DNA of 64,000 nt from NCBI GenBank assembly GCA_965228855.1, contig CBDDIJ010000002.1:960001-1024000 (forward strand), read 5' to 3'. Positions 40,097-50,042 of the stretch are shown one piece after another. The stretch is from Candidatus Obscuribacterales bacterium (GTDB lineage: Bacteria > Cyanobacteriota > Vampirovibrionia > Obscuribacterales > Obscuribacteraceae). The notes under the pieces were generated by a model that saw nothing but the letters and a program-made list of their open reading frames with translations, had not been told where the DNA came from and did no database searches. Both the position numbers and the translations under genes were made by a program. Every line of letters starts with the position of its first letter. Position 1 is the stretch's first letter.

Positions 40097-41707
40097 ATGA
40101 GGCTTTCACTCGAGTCCCTCGGACACATGAGAAGCCGATTCGCTTCGACCGTGATTGGCGCTGACCTGTCGCGGCTTTCGGAGGGCAATCGTCTTGCCGT
40201 CGCCAAACTCATCGAGGCGGCGCGGCTCATGGACGCTGTCTGCGACGAGCAGTATTGGAGCGGTTCTCGCGCCATGCGCTCATCGCTCGAAGCTGACGCC
40301 AGCGAGCTGGGTCAGTCGCGTCTGCAGTTTTTCCGCCTGAATGGCGGTCCCTGGTCGGCTCTCGACCACTACACACCTTTCGTTGAAGATGTTCCGGCGC
40401 GGCCGCCGCACGCCAACTTCTACCCGGAAGACATCACCGCAGCGGAGTTCGAAGCCTGGCTGAAGACCCTGGACGATGCCGAGCGCACCAGGGCAACCGG
40501 CTTTTTCCACGTCATTCGGCGCGACGAGAAGGGCAGTCTGAAGACCGTTCCGTTCTCGGAGGAGTATCGCGAGTTTCTGGAACCGGCGGCACAGCTTCTT
40601 CGCGAGGCTGCCGACCTGACCGATTCCGAGAGTCTGGCGAATTTCCTGCGCCTGCGCGCCGACGCTTTCCTCTCCAACGACTACGCTGCCAGCGACATCG
40701 CCTGGCTGCAGCTCGATTCGCCGATCGAGGTCTGCATTGGACCGTACGAGACCTATCTCGACGAGTTTCGTGGTGCCAAGGCGGCGTTCGAGGCGTACGT
40801 CGCGCTGCGCGATGACGAGAAGACCGACCTGCTCGCCAAGTTCAGCCGCTACATGCAGTTTATCGAAGACCGGCTGCCCATGCACAAGCGCTACCGGAAT
40901 CCGAATGTGGCTTCCGCTGCGCCGATTCGCGTGGTCAATCTGCTTCTCGGTGCCGGCAACGCCAATCACGGCGTGCAGACGGCTGCGTTCAACCTGCCCA
41001 ACGACGACGCTATCGTCGCCGTGCATGGTACGAAGCAGACGATGCTGCGCAATGTTCAGGAGGCGAAGTTCGCCCAGGTGCTGACGCCGATCGGCAAGGA
41101 GCTTCTGCATCCGAGCCATCAGGCGAATCTGTCGTTCGATGCGTTCTTCACCTTCATCCTCATGCACGAGCTGTGTCACGGCCTCGGCCCGCACGGTATC
41201 ACCGTGAAGGGGCGGAAAACGGCTGTGCGTCTCGAACTCAAGGAGACGTATTCCGCGATCGAGGAAGCGAAGGCGGACGTGTGCGGGCTGCTCGCGCTGC
41301 AGATGCTCATCGACGAAGGCGTCGTGGAGCCGAATCTGGCGGACGAGATGTATCACACGTTCGTCGCCGGCATTTTCCGTTCGATTCGCTTCGGCATCGG
41401 CGAGGCGCATGGCGCGAGCAATGTCATGCAGTTCAACTGGCTGCGTGACGCTCGTGCTGTCACCTTCGACACCAAGACGCAGACCTTCAAGGTCAACGTC
41501 AAGCGGGTCAAGGCGGCGCTCAAGGAATTCGCTGCCGTCATTCTGCGCATCGAAGCGCGTGGCGACTACAAGGGCGCGAAGGCGCTGCTGAAGCGCTACG
41601 CCGTCATGCGTCCCGCGACCAAGCGTGCTCTCGATCGGCTGGCTCACGTGCCGGTCGACATCGAGCCCGCGTACACCACGGCGGAGGAACTGACCGCCGC
41701 GAAGTAG
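40097..41707 (+). CDS. M49 (dipeptidyl-peptidase III-like) zinc peptidase
   Basis: ANFYP, GPYETY, AFNLPND, HELCHGLGP, EEAKAD, EAHG; AAGGAG RBS before 40097. Confidence 0.88.
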   Translation: MRLSLESLGHMRSRFASTVIGADLSRLSEGNRLAVAKLIEAARLMDAVCDEQYWSGSRAMRSSLEADASELGQSRLQFFRLNGGPWSALDHYTPFVEDVPARPPHANFYPEDITAAEFEAWLKTLDDAERTRATGFFHVIRRDEKGSLKTVPFSEEYREFLEPAAQLLREAADLTDSESLANFLRLRADAFLSNDYAASDIAWLQLDSPIEVCIGPYETYLDEFRGAKAAFEAYVALRDDEKTDLLAKFSRYMQFIEDRLPMHKRYRNPNVASAAPIRVVNLLLGAGNANHGVQTAAFNLPNDDAIVAVHGTKQTMLRNVQEAKFAQVLTPIGKELLHPSHQANLSFDAFFTFILMHELCHGLGPHGITVKGRKTAVRLELKETYSAIEEAKADVCGLLALQMLIDEGVVEPNLADEMYHTFVAGIFRSIRFGIGEAHGASNVMQFNWLRDARAVTFDTKTQTFKVNVKRVKAALKEFAAVILRIEARGDYKGAKALLKRYAVMRPATKRALDRLAHVPVDIEPAYTTAEELTAAK

Positions 41708-41786
41708 CGTTCGGCGAACTAGCCTCGGCAAAGTGGAGTTGCTCCTCTCGGAGACCTCCACAGGGCTCGACTAGCTCTTCGCAAAG

Positions 41787-41849
41787 CTCGGCGCGATGGC
41801 ACCAGAAATGGTGTCATCGCTGCCGAGTCTTCAGAAGGAACCTACTATC
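41787..41849 (+). terminator. hairpin followed by CTACTAT motif
   Basis: stem 41787-41804/41809-41827 with GAAA loop; CTACTATC at 41842-41849. Confidence 0.75.
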
Positions 41850-41960
41850 GAAGACAGGAAAAGTGAACTTTGCAGATGCCGCAACAACGCGGGCTTTTGG
41901 GGGCTCTGAGTCTCTCGGGTATAGGTTTTCGGCGGTTATTCCTACTGCGGCATTGCAGCG

Positions 41961-42273
41961 GCGATTCTTTGATACCGCGTCAGGAATGTGGATAATAGTC
42001 ATTCTCGATGCCGTATCTGGAACCGAGAGATTTCATGTCCCGAGCCGCATGGATCCGAAAGGCATTTTTTTCGGCGTGAAGAGCAGGCTTTGCGGCTCAT
42101 TAGGCTGGCTGTATGCGGCTCATTCGGTTGGCGGCATAGGAGCTGCGACTCTTTGATGCCGCGTCGGGAATGTGGATTTTAGCCATTCTCGATGCGGTAT
42201 GGGGAACCGAGAGATTTCATGTCCCGAGCCGCATGGAGACAAAGGTATTTTCGGCGTGAAGTAACAGGTTTTG
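41961..42273. repeat. two ~130-bp direct repeats (period 184), each containing a palindrome (family B)
   Basis: GATRCCGCGTC.GGAATG...CATTCTCGATGC.GTAT followed by an identical GGAACCGAGAGATTTCATGTCCCGAGCCGCATGGA in both copies. Confidence 0.85.
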
Positions 42274-42488
42274 TTCGTCCCGAGGCGAATGGATGACAGG
42301 GTGTTTTCACGAATGGATTTGAGAACGTCGAGCGCTTAGAGGGGTTGACACTTTATCCGTTGAATTCCGCAGTGAAAAGTTTTCGGTCTGACCATATCCT
42401 GGGATAGTGGATGGGAGGCATGTGACCGAAGCGCTTTGAGGCGCTGTTTTTTCCGGAGATTGGAGCATCGAAGTGAAGTGAGGACCGT

Positions 42489-43349
42489 ATGTTTGCTTCC
42501 CAAATAAAACCACCGACTGATGGACGTACCTCCCACACGGAGGCAACAATGTGGGACCCGTTCCTCGCGGACATGGACTCGGCGAAATTTCACATAGTCA
42601 TACATGTGCCATTTATCGCATTGGGTCGGATGCAGTTCTTCTGGCAGCGCTTCGAGCGACTCAGGAAACGCGGTGTAATGATCTGCGTTTTTCTTCGGGA
42701 GCCGGAGGTGTGGGACGGGCGAGATTTCCAGAGTGATCAGGGTTTCGAGGCTATCATTGCGAAGTTGCGAGAGCTTGGAGTTCACGTAACTCCGAAAAAG
42801 CTGATTCACGAAAAATTGGCCATCATTGATGGGCGGATTCTCTGGGACGGCTCGCTCAACTATCTTAGTCACAGGAATACGAGAGAGCGAGCGAATCGGT
42901 TTGCAAGTCGACAAGTAGTGAGGGAAGCCATGAATTTGCATGATATGAATGGTTGTAATCAATGTGATGATAATCGGAAGGCTAGTTCTGCCGGCGGCAC
43001 TGCTGAAGCACTTCTTGGTGGTTTGAGTGTGCATCGCAAGTTGGCGGGCGTATCGCAAGGCACCTTCGCAAAGTCTATAAAAACTAGCCAAGGCTGGGTT
43101 TCGCGTGTTGAAAGCGGAAGGCATGAGAGTGTTTCTGTCCGCACGCTTTGCGAATATTCGCTGGCGCTCGGTGTCCGACCGGTCTTAGTTCCTGACATTT
43201 TGATACCTGCCGTAACCCAGATGCTCGAGGAATACATTCACTCGATGTCCACCGACTCGCAGATTATCGAAAAGTCGCGAACCTTGACCAAACCTAAAAA
43301 AGTGACGGTTAGTGGCAAGACCAATGGCAAGGTGCAAGTCAAGACGTGA
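42489..43349 (+). CDS. PLD-like (HKD) nuclease domain fused to an XRE-type helix-turn-helix
   Basis: IHEKLAIIDGRILWDGSLN (HxK(x)4D(x)6GSxN); RKLAGVSQGTFAKSIKTSQGWVSRVESG HTH; GAGGA RBS. Confidence 0.85.
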   Translation: MFASQIKPPTDGRTSHTEATMWDPFLADMDSAKFHIVIHVPFIALGRMQFFWQRFERLRKRGVMICVFLREPEVWDGRDFQSDQGFEAIIAKLRELGVHVTPKKLIHEKLAIIDGRILWDGSLNYLSHRNTRERANRFASRQVVREAMNLHDMNGCNQCDDNRKASSAGGTAEALLGGLSVHRKLAGVSQGTFAKSIKTSQGWVSRVESGRHESVSVRTLCEYSLALGVRPVLVPDILIPAVTQMLEEYIHSMSTDSQIIEKSRTLTKPKKVTVSGKTNGKVQVKT

Positions 43350-43459
43350 GACACCGAACGTCCGCAATTGCGGTCAAGATTGAGCTCGAGAGCGACAGGA
43401 AGAGATCGAAAACGAGTATCTCAGCTAGGTCGTGGTCTAGTTCGAATTCGTGAGAATTG

Positions 43460-43700
43460 CGGGTCGCGGTATCAAAAATTTCTTCTGTTCATACCGTTAT
43501 CGGAATCCCCGCATTTTCATTCCGCTGGCGGAATTTGAATCAGTTTTGGCTTATGTCGCTCGGAGAAAGTGCAAAGCTGCAGAGTTGAGCATGATGAGTT
43601 TTTGATTTCAAATCTACATGCAGGTCACGGTATCAAACACTTCGTCAGCTATGCCGCATGAGGAATGACCCGTATGGGCATTCTCTTGGCGGTATCGATA
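43460..43700. repeat. two degenerate units (period about 160) with family B palindromes
   Basis: GGTC(G/A)CGGTATCAAA then AT(A/G)CCG...GGAAT...CATTC...TGGCGG at 43491-43534 and 43650-43695. Confidence 0.7.
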
Positions 43701-43873
43701 TCCAAGCCAATCTATGCCGTGAGAGGAATTTTGTTGATTTTGGATTTCGTTGATTTGTTGATTTGTTGATCTCTGATTTCGGAAATCCAAGTTTTGAAGC
43801 GCACTAAGCTCGGGTGTGGTCCTGTAAAGGGTTGTCGATGCTTGATTTGCTCGATTTCGCGGATACGCTGGAA

Positions 43874-43943
43874 TATAGTAGGAAAAATTTGGGAAAGTGA
43901 TGGGTGGAGCGAGCCAGCTGGAGAGCCGGTCACACCACCCATC
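43874..43943 (-). terminator. hairpin followed by CTACTATA motif
   Basis: GATGGGTGG / CCACCCATC outer arms; TATAGTAG at 43874-43881. Confidence 0.7.
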
Positions 43944-43962
43944 TAGTCCCTACTCAGGACTC

Positions 43963-44208
43963 CTACTTGCGCATATCCCGCACGTCCGGGTCGTGGAGAA
44001 ACTGCTTGCCGTCCTTGTCGAACGACCACCGGTTGCTGACCGCGCGGATAGTGGTGATTACGGAAGTATCGTCCTCACCCTGCATCACCAAGCCGAGCTG
44101 CTGACGAACCGTGCGACGATAGCAACGGTTGGCGAGCCGCTTGTCCTGCTTCTCGGACACGGCAGTGGTGTAGCCGCAGATAGGAGTCTTCTTGCGAGAA
44201 TTGCTCAT
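43963..44208 (-). CDS. small basic hypothetical protein
   Basis: GAGGT RBS; MSNSRKKTPICG...WSFDKDGK; GC3-rich codons. Confidence 0.75.
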   Translation of the reverse strand: MSNSRKKTPICGYTTAVSEKQDKRLANRCYRRTVRQQLGLVMQGEDDTSVITTIRAVSNRWSFDKDGKQFLHDPDVRDMRK

Positions 44209-44374
44209 TCGTTCTTTACCTCTTTGATTTTGATTGCCGGAAATCGGTCAGCAACCGACTTCCGCAATAAGCAGGGACAGTGCCGCCATCAAGCGGTTTT
44301 GCGCGGGAAGAACAGCAAGCGTTCAACCGCGAGAACCGCCGGTGGAGGCACCGCGAATCGCAGAATTGCGATTC

Positions 44375-46027
44375 TTACTTGGTCTCGTCTTTCTTGTTCG
44401 CGTTCTGGAAACGCGCCAGAGAGCGGTGGCGCGAGTAGAACACGAAGAGCAGCGTTACCGCGCTCCAGACGACTGCCAGACGCGCGAAGGCTTCCCAGGG
44501 CAGCTCAATCATGAGCCGTCCGGAACCCAGGACGCCGAGCGCAGCGACGACGATCCAGAAGATGCCGCTTCGAAATTCGACGCGGTTTTTCCAGTTGGTT
44601 TCGCGCACGGTTTTGACCAGGACCGTGAGTGAGATGGTGATGAACGCGGTCATCGTTCCGATGTTCGTCAGGTGCATGAGTTCGCCGACCGCGAGCAGTC
44701 CGGTCAGCAGGGCAACGCCGCCGCCGACCATGAGCGTCGCGAGCACGGGGACCTGGCGCTTTTCGCTGACCTTCTCGAATGCCTCGGGAAGGAGCTTGTG
44801 CTGCGCCATGTTGTACACCAGGCGAGTAGTGGAATAGGCGCTGGCGAGCAGCACCGAGATGAGCGCAACGGTTGAGCCGAGCGCGACCCAGACGACCGCC
44901 GATTTGTAGCCCAGGATTTCGAGCGCCTGAGCCATGGGAGCCGCCTCTTCATGCCCTCCTACACCGATTTGCGTGTACGGCACGGCAGCGCTGAGAAAGT
45001 ATGCCGCCACGATGTACATGACGGTCACCGCGACGAGTCCGATGAGCATGCCGACGGGCACATTGCGGCGCGCGTTCTTGGTTTCGCCCGCGGTCATGGT
45101 CGCGAGATCGAGACCGACAAATGCGAAGAATGCGATCGAAGCTCCGGCGAGTGAGCCGGGAAGATGCGCGGGAACGGGTAACGCAAGGTTCGCGGGATCG
45201 TAGTGCTGGGCGAGCAGGAAGACGATGAACGTGATCACGATCAACTTCGTGATTGTGAAAACGTTCGTGAGGAAAGCCGTTTCCTTAATGCCGCGCATGA
45301 GGATGACGGTGATGAGACCGACAACGCCCATGGACAGAAGGTTGATGGACGGCAGTGCGGCCGCAAAACCGATTACGGAAATCAAACCGAAAACGCCGGC
45401 CGCACCGCCCGCGGTTAGGCTAGCGAAGGCAAACCGCTTCTTCTGCGGTTCGAAAGACGTGCGGTTTCTCAGACCGAAGCGGATGAGAAGAGTACTGGTG
45501 ATACCACCGATGATGGCAAGACCCAGTTGACCCCACTGAACTACTTCGGGCGTTTTCGTAATCACATCGGGCAGATGAAGACCGAACGCGATGCGCAGGA
45601 TCATCTTGATGTGGTCCGCCTGGGACACAGCTACAGCAGCTGTGCCGCCGAGGCACTCGAGCATGACGTCGAAGAACATGAGGAATCCGACGAACTGCCC
45701 GAGAACAAGACATGCATAGCTGCCGGTCGAGCCGCTGCGCGACGTGATGCTCGCCATCTTTGCGAGACAGAGAGCCGCCGGCGCACAGATGAGCCCCGCC
45801 CAGAGGAAGGAGACCCAACCGAAAGGACCGGCGTAGTCGCGCGCAATGATACCAGGGGTGGTGAGGATACCGGCGCCGACTGCCTGCGTGATCGTGAAGA
45901 GAACCACCGAAATGAGACCGAGCTGACGGTTGAGTTTGTCCTGCCCGTGCGCCTCTTCGATGTTTATGGTGAGCTTGGCGTCGTGTTTGACACCCGCCAA
46001 CCATTGCCGAACGGATGATAGATTCAT
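44375..46027 (-). CDS. APC family amino acid permease
   Basis: VGAGI, GSTGSY, AFFAFVG.D...AGE.KN..RNVP, NIGTMTAF; multiple TMs. Confidence 0.9.
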   Translation of the reverse strand: MNLSSVRQWLAGVKHDAKLTINIEEAHGQDKLNRQLGLISVVLFTITQAVGAGILTTPGIIARDYAGPFGWVSFLWAGLICAPAALCLAKMASITSRSGSTGSYACLVLGQFVGFLMFFDVMLECLGGTAAVAVSQADHIKMILRIAFGLHLPDVITKTPEVVQWGQLGLAIIGGITSTLLIRFGLRNRTSFEPQKKRFAFASLTAGGAAGVFGLISVIGFAAALPSINLLSMGVVGLITVILMRGIKETAFLTNVFTITKLIVITFIVFLLAQHYDPANLALPVPAHLPGSLAGASIAFFAFVGLDLATMTAGETKNARRNVPVGMLIGLVAVTVMYIVAAYFLSAAVPYTQIGVGGHEEAAPMAQALEILGYKSAVVWVALGSTVALISVLLASAYSTTRLVYNMAQHKLLPEAFEKVSEKRQVPVLATLMVGGGVALLTGLLAVGELMHLTNIGTMTAFITISLTVLVKTVRETNWKNRVEFRSGIFWIVVAALGVLGSGRLMIELPWEAFARLAVVWSAVTLLFVFYSRHRSLARFQNANKKDETK

Positions 46028-46612
46028 CTTCGTTGTCTCCAAAGTTTATTCTCCAGTCGAATGCGATTGCTCGACTGGTCCCCAATCGCTTCGCGATGGA
46101 GATGATTAAGAGCCGCGGCGAACCTTCGGGTTTGAAGCCGTTGAGCGCGAGCGGATTAAGCGAGGAGTTAACTTTCCACTGAATGGAATGACGCACTGAT
46201 ATTTCGTTGTGACAGAGACAAATTTTTCGCGAACGAAACACCTTGTGCGAAGAAAACAGCAGACGCGTAAAACTAGGAAAGAAATCCACTTTGAATCAAG
46301 AAATGTTCTTTGGATATTTCTTGGTTTTTATTCAGCTAAGGTCTCCCCGGTGGAAAGATCTTGTTTCGAGACAAACTGCGAGGGCGAACTGCGAGCTTTG
46401 TCAGAGCTTGCCCGGCTTAGGATTTGACCGGCCCGGGGACGGCTTACCTGGATGACAAGTGGTCGCGCTAGTCTAGCGGAAGGCGAGTTTGGCGGCGCTG
46501 GCTGTGTGCTTACGAGCTGCTGTTTTGGAGTTACGGGTGTGGCGTCGGGGTGCGACGGCGTGAGCTGAGGTGTGAGCTGGGGTGTGGAGGTGTGAGTCGT
46601 TCAACCATCGGA

Positions 46613-46671
46613 TATAGTAAAAGTGCAATGAGGCAAGAACACCGGAAACCCTATGGTTCCCGGCGTTCTTG
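46613..46671 (-). terminator. hairpin followed by TTACTATA motif
   Basis: stem 46634-46650/46655-46671; TATAGTAA at 46613-46620. Confidence 0.7.
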
Positions 46672-46831
46672 TTCAGCCCGTACTGACACCGCCTCGTTCA
46701 AGCTAGACCGGTCTGTCAATGAGACAGCGACGGAATTTGCTAAATCCGTCGCTCTGGGATTGACAGGGCGAAGTTTTGGACCGGTGACGGCTCGCAGTGG
46801 TTGCTCGGGTCGGAGCTCTGCTTGGGCTAGT

Positions 46832-48559
46832 TCACTGCTTGGGCTGTTCCTGCGTGGGTTGTTCCTCCTTGTGCAGCTTGCGGCGAGCGAGGCTGTGGTG
46901 CCGCGAGTAGGTAACGAAGAGAACGACGACGGCGGACCAGACGGCGACGAGCCGTGCGAATGACTCCCAGGGGAGCTCCATCATCAGGCGCGCCGGTCCG
47001 AGGATGCCGAGCGTCGCTACGACCACCCAGAACGAGCCCTTTAGTGCGTTTCGGCGCGTCTTCCAGTCGGTTTCCTTCACGGTCAAAACGAGCACCGTCA
47101 GGGAGATGGTGATAAACGCGGTCATGGTGCCGATGTTCGTCAGGTGCATCAACTCACCCACCGCCATCAAGCCGGTGAGCAGCGAGATGAAACCGCCCAC
47201 GACTAACGTCGCGAGAACTGGCACCTGGCGTTTGCTCGACACTTGCTCGAACGCGCTCGGCATGAGCCCGTGTTGGGCCATATTGAACAGCAGTCGGGTG
47301 GTCGCGTAGGCGCTGGCCAGCACCACGGAAACGAGCGCCACTGTCGACCCCAGCGCAACCCAGATAGCCGCCGATTTGTAGCCCAACAGCTCCAGTCCTT
47401 GAACCATGGGTGCCGCCTCGCCCCCGTGACCGTGCGCTGCGATCTTGGTGAACGGCACAGCTCCCGCGTACGCGAAGGCTGCGATGAAATACAGTGCCGT
47501 GACGCAGACCAGCCCGATCAGCATGCCGAGCGGAACGTTGCGTTTCGCGTTCTTCACTTCGCCTGCAGTTGTGGTTGCCAGGTCGAGTCCGACGAAGGCG
47601 AAGAACGCCACGGACGCGCCGGCAAGCGAACCCGGCAGTTTGTCCGGAACGGGAATCGCCAGGTTCGCCCAGTCGAAGTGGCGAGCGAAGAAGACGATGA
47701 TTACTGCCAGAACGCACAGCTTCGTGATGGTGAAGATGTTCGTCAGAATCGCTGTTTCCTTCACGCCACGAAGCAGAACGCCGGTGATGAGCAGCACTAC
47801 GCCCATTGAGAGCAGGTTGATGGATGGCAGATCGGCGGCGAACTTGAGCGCGAACAGGAAGCAAGCCACGCTCGTGAAGAGCACGAGAGATAGGGAGAGC
47901 ATCGGCAGGAGGCGAGCCTGAAAGTTGCGGGCCGGTAAGTTGCGGGCCGGTAAGTGGTGGACTTCCTTCAGTCGTCTCGAACCGTACGACCAGAAGAACC
48001 AGGCTGCGATGCCGGATGCCAGCGCGCAACTCAGTGCTTTCCAGTTCACCACCTCTGGTGTCGTGGTGAGGAATTCGTTGAGCTTCCAGCTCTGTCCGAA
48101 CCATTCCTCGCCGACGAGCCGGATGATCAGCTTGATGTGGTCCGCCTGGGAGACCGCCACGGCAGCGGTTCCACCGATGCATTCCATCATAACGTCGACG
48201 AACATCAGGAGTCCGGGCAGTTGTCCGAGTACGAGGCACGCGTAGCTGCCGGTGCTTCCGCTCTTCGCCGTTCTGCTTGCCATGAATGCGAGGCACAGAG
48301 CCGGACACAGGCAAATCATGCCGGCTTGAACGAAGCTGAGCCAGGCATTGGGTCCGGCATAGTCGCGGGCGATGATACCGGGGGTGGTGAGAATTCCGGA
48401 ACCAACCGCCGACGTGATGGTAAACAGGATCACCGAGAAGAGTCCCATCTGGCGCATGAGCTTGTCGCCGGCTGCGCCGTGGGCTTCCTCGATGTCGATT
48501 TTCTGAGTGGCGTCGTGAACCACGCCGCCCAGCCAATTGCGGATGTTTGAAAAACCCAT
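46832..48559 (-). CDS. APC family amino acid permease (paralog of 44375-46027)
   Basis: same motifs; long shared stretches such as GILTTPGIIARDYAGP and AVGELMHLTNIGTMTAFITISLTVLV. Confidence 0.9.
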   Translation of the reverse strand: MGFSNIRNWLGGVVHDATQKIDIEEAHGAAGDKLMRQMGLFSVILFTITSAVGSGILTTPGIIARDYAGPNAWLSFVQAGMICLCPALCLAFMASRTAKSGSTGSYACLVLGQLPGLLMFVDVMMECIGGTAAVAVSQADHIKLIIRLVGEEWFGQSWKLNEFLTTTPEVVNWKALSCALASGIAAWFFWSYGSRRLKEVHHLPARNLPARNFQARLLPMLSLSLVLFTSVACFLFALKFAADLPSINLLSMGVVLLITGVLLRGVKETAILTNIFTITKLCVLAVIIVFFARHFDWANLAIPVPDKLPGSLAGASVAFFAFVGLDLATTTAGEVKNAKRNVPLGMLIGLVCVTALYFIAAFAYAGAVPFTKIAAHGHGGEAAPMVQGLELLGYKSAAIWVALGSTVALVSVVLASAYATTRLLFNMAQHGLMPSAFEQVSSKRQVPVLATLVVGGFISLLTGLMAVGELMHLTNIGTMTAFITISLTVLVLTVKETDWKTRRNALKGSFWVVVATLGILGPARLMMELPWESFARLVAVWSAVVVLFVTYSRHHSLARRKLHKEEQPTQEQPKQ

Positions 48560-49427
48560 GCAGTGTTCCTTGTGTGAAAGTACTGTCGGTTCAGAAAAGA
48601 ACCGGCTTGGATTTGCTTGCGAGAACGTCTCCGCAAGCGGGTCTTTGCTTGGACTTGAAGCTGCGAGTGAGTGGACGCGTCGTTGTCGCGAACGGAACCA
48701 CTTCGCTTCGTGCGCGAGGAAAAACTGTTAACTGCCGGTGGGGATGCTGCTTTCGAGAGCTACAGGTGTTTCCTTTCTGAAAAGAAAATTGGGTATTAAG
48801 GCAACGTAGCTGAATGGTTTTTCACAAAGCAATAGTGCTAAAGGGCTAGAAATGCCATGTTTGTCAAGTGGTTGCGCAAACACCGCCATTCTTAGCAAAT
48901 TTGGTTCCTGCATTACTTTTCTCACAGCGTAGCCGTCGGTCACCTTCAATATCGCGACCAGTTTTGACAAGGTGCGTTCTGCAAAGCTCAGTACAGTCTA
49001 GGTTTTGGACACTTGAGTCTCGATTAATCTCAACATCTAACTTCCCGCAGTATCAATTCGCTAGTTACTTAGTTTTATTGCTCCTGCCAAGTCTTAAAGC
49101 TACGGTTAGGGCCTGTTTCATAACCAGTGTTTCGGAAAACCACTACCGCTTTTCCAAAATCTCTGTCTACACCTCTACGCCCGTCCTGCTCGTTTACTCG
49201 CGCGCCCGAAGTCGTCCGCGTGTGTGATGTTCGTGTGCTTTAGTTTTGAGTTCGGAGAGAGCTTGAGATGAAAGTCGCGCGCAATCTGCACTCGGTCTAT
49301 TCGTGTGCGGATTAAGTCACTTCGGTCAATTCGGATCGAGTTAACGAGCAGAGGGAAACCCAACTAAGTCGGGACCGGGTTTTCCAGTGTCTGTCTGTCC
49401 CGCGAAACTGCTAAGGAGCTAAGTTTT

Positions 49428-49877
49428 ATGAGCGATCAAAACGAGAAGGCTGTCAGCCTTTTCACCGCGTCCATCTCCGCGCTCGTCGACGTTGTTGTGA
49501 GCGGTCGCGCACGCAGTGCCCGCATTCGCTACACGGACCCGAACGGTCCGTCGCTTCGCAATTTCTGGTGGATTTCGGTCGACAAGATCGAAACTGCCCA
49601 GCACGAGGAGCCCAAGCTCTTCGCTGCCACCAACGACCTCGATCTGATGTGCGGCGCACCGCCGTCCTTCCACAAGAGCGTTGCGCTGTCGTCTGCCAGC
49701 GAGCTGGTCGACGCCGCGGTTGCGTTTCTGTCCGAGAAGCTCGGCACCGCCGCCAAGGTGGACATCCTTCTGCAGGCTGATGCCCCGCAGGGTCAGCCCG
49801 CGATTCCGGCCTACGTCGGCAACTCCGACGACGGCTTCGAAAACCTCATGGAGCAGTCGGTTCCCGACATCTTCTGA
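49428..49877 (+). CDS. hypothetical protein
   Basis: AAGGAG RBS; GC3-rich 149-aa ORF. Confidence 0.7.
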   Translation: MSDQNEKAVSLFTASISALVDVVVSGRARSARIRYTDPNGPSLRNFWWISVDKIETAQHEEPKLFAATNDLDLMCGAPPSFHKSVALSSASELVDAAVAFLSEKLGTAAKVDILLQADAPQGQPAIPAYVGNSDDGFENLMEQSVPDIF

Positions 49878-50042
49878 ATCGAGCGAACGGTAATGTCGCG
49901 CTGAGCTTCGAGCCTGCGCGCTACTTCGCTCGGTTCCAAAAGAAATCCGGTGGCGTCACAAGCGCCACCGGATACGGTGTCATGCGCTGCTCCCATTCTC
50001 ACACCCTAACGCAGCTGAACAGCTGTTACGGAGAGCAAAACC

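Noticed and set aside
42336..43124. 262-aa ORF antisense to the PLD-HTH gene
   Set aside because: No recognisable domain; the opposite strand has clear HKD and HTH motifs and an RBS
43730..43790. TTGAT-rich short repeats (and GTGAGCTG repeats near 46560-46597)
   Set aside because: Low-complexity simple repeats with no evident structure
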